A stretch of DNA of 64,000 bases from Ramazzottius varieornatus (taxonomy: Eukaryota > Animalia > Tardigrada): positions 1,085,378-1,149,377 of the forward strand of contig BDGG01000014.1 in the NCBI GenBank assembly GCA_001949185.1, read 5' to 3'. A model generated the notes under the pieces. It ran no database searches and was not told where the DNA came from. It saw only the letters and a program-made list of their open reading frames with translations. How positions within the stretch are numbered: the stretch's first letter is position 1; each line of letters opens with the position of its first letter. This document shows positions 63,197 through 64,000 of the stretch, one piece after another. The position numbers were made by a program, and so were the translations under genes.

Positions 63197-64000
63197 ATGA
63201 TTTCGGTATCAACGATCCAGGCAGAAACTATTGGACGAATTTCTGCTGGGCAGCAGCCGCAAATGGGCATCTCTACCTTCGTCGGTATGGCTGAGCAGTC
63301 TTTTGGCGGTGACGAGTCCGTTTGTCTTCCGTCTCACCATCGGGATCCTTTTGCCTCCTACATAAAGGAGAAAGACAGATGGAAATGGTTAGCTTACCGT
63401 CCGACATATGGCGCTGTGTATTGTTACCATTGCTTCGATCACTGGGCTGACCATCCTCAGGACAAATCCGTCCGCCGCAAAACCTGGTGTAACTTTTTTG
63501 GGGTCTACGCGAACCCAAGTACTCGTGCGGCACACAGACAGAAAGTCCGTCGGGATAGAGTCCTTCGGCATGAGAAAACACCCACACACACCATGTGCAC
63601 CGAGAGAGATAAAAGGAACATAGTTCGCGGATCTCTGGGTGGTTGACGAAACCATGAGACTGGAGCAAGAAATATGCCTCCACTGTTAAAGTGTTCGATC
63701 TAGCCTACACTGAAGCCTCTTTCTACGTATCTTATGCATCTCATGCGGTGCGGAATTGAACCAAGTTAGAAGATACGGCGTCGATATAGGAGACTCGCAC
63801 ATGTCGCGGTGGGCAGCTGGAAAAATCGCGACTCACATCAGCATGAAGATGCGCTATATGCTGGTGGCGTGGCTGATGAAGACACAGCCATATTTCGGTG
63901 TGATGATCAACGAGTCCACTGACCGAGGTGGCTCGCAGAACCATATCATATACATTCGCGACGAGATCGTTGAAGACCCAGTGTCGTTCTTTCGGGGACT
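63197..64000 (+). pseudogene. Decayed hAT-type (ZNF862-like) transposase fragment, truncated by the window edge
   Basis: TTF-type zinc finger WKWLAY...VYCYHC...RHEKTPTH..C; downstream SPYFGVMINESTDRG...IIYIR resembles the hAT first catalytic D motif (D reads N here); stops in between. Confidence 0.65.

Overview
Eukaryotic (metazoan) genomic DNA from a compact, gene-dense genome with short GT-AG introns; a tardigrade-like source is only a guess. About 18 spliced or intronless host genes are recognisable: TPR/Megator, a SMYD methyltransferase, an RS-rich orphan, KXD1, NUBP1, a tektin, POLH, TMED10, a divergent TOM20-like gene, CWC25, SRRD, COQ4, two secreted proteins, a kelch protein, PUS10, CHCHD7 and a PTP99A-like receptor phosphatase. 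A decayed hAT-like transposase lies at the right edge. The main discovery is a 7.27-kb Mutator-like element (16518-23782) with ~70-90 bp TIRs and a 9-bp TSD. It carries a MULE-SWIM transposase and a convergent, spliced accessory gene encoding a chromo-barrel (Tudor-knot) domain. Introns of both genes contain the same element-specific 24-bp minisatellite, an architecture reminiscent of MuDR and of the VANDAL/VANC anti-silencing systems. Separately, host introns are pervaded by at least three families of short hairpin-forming repeats, the largest with about 16-18 copies, all intronic. Exon boundaries were read by eye and are approximate.
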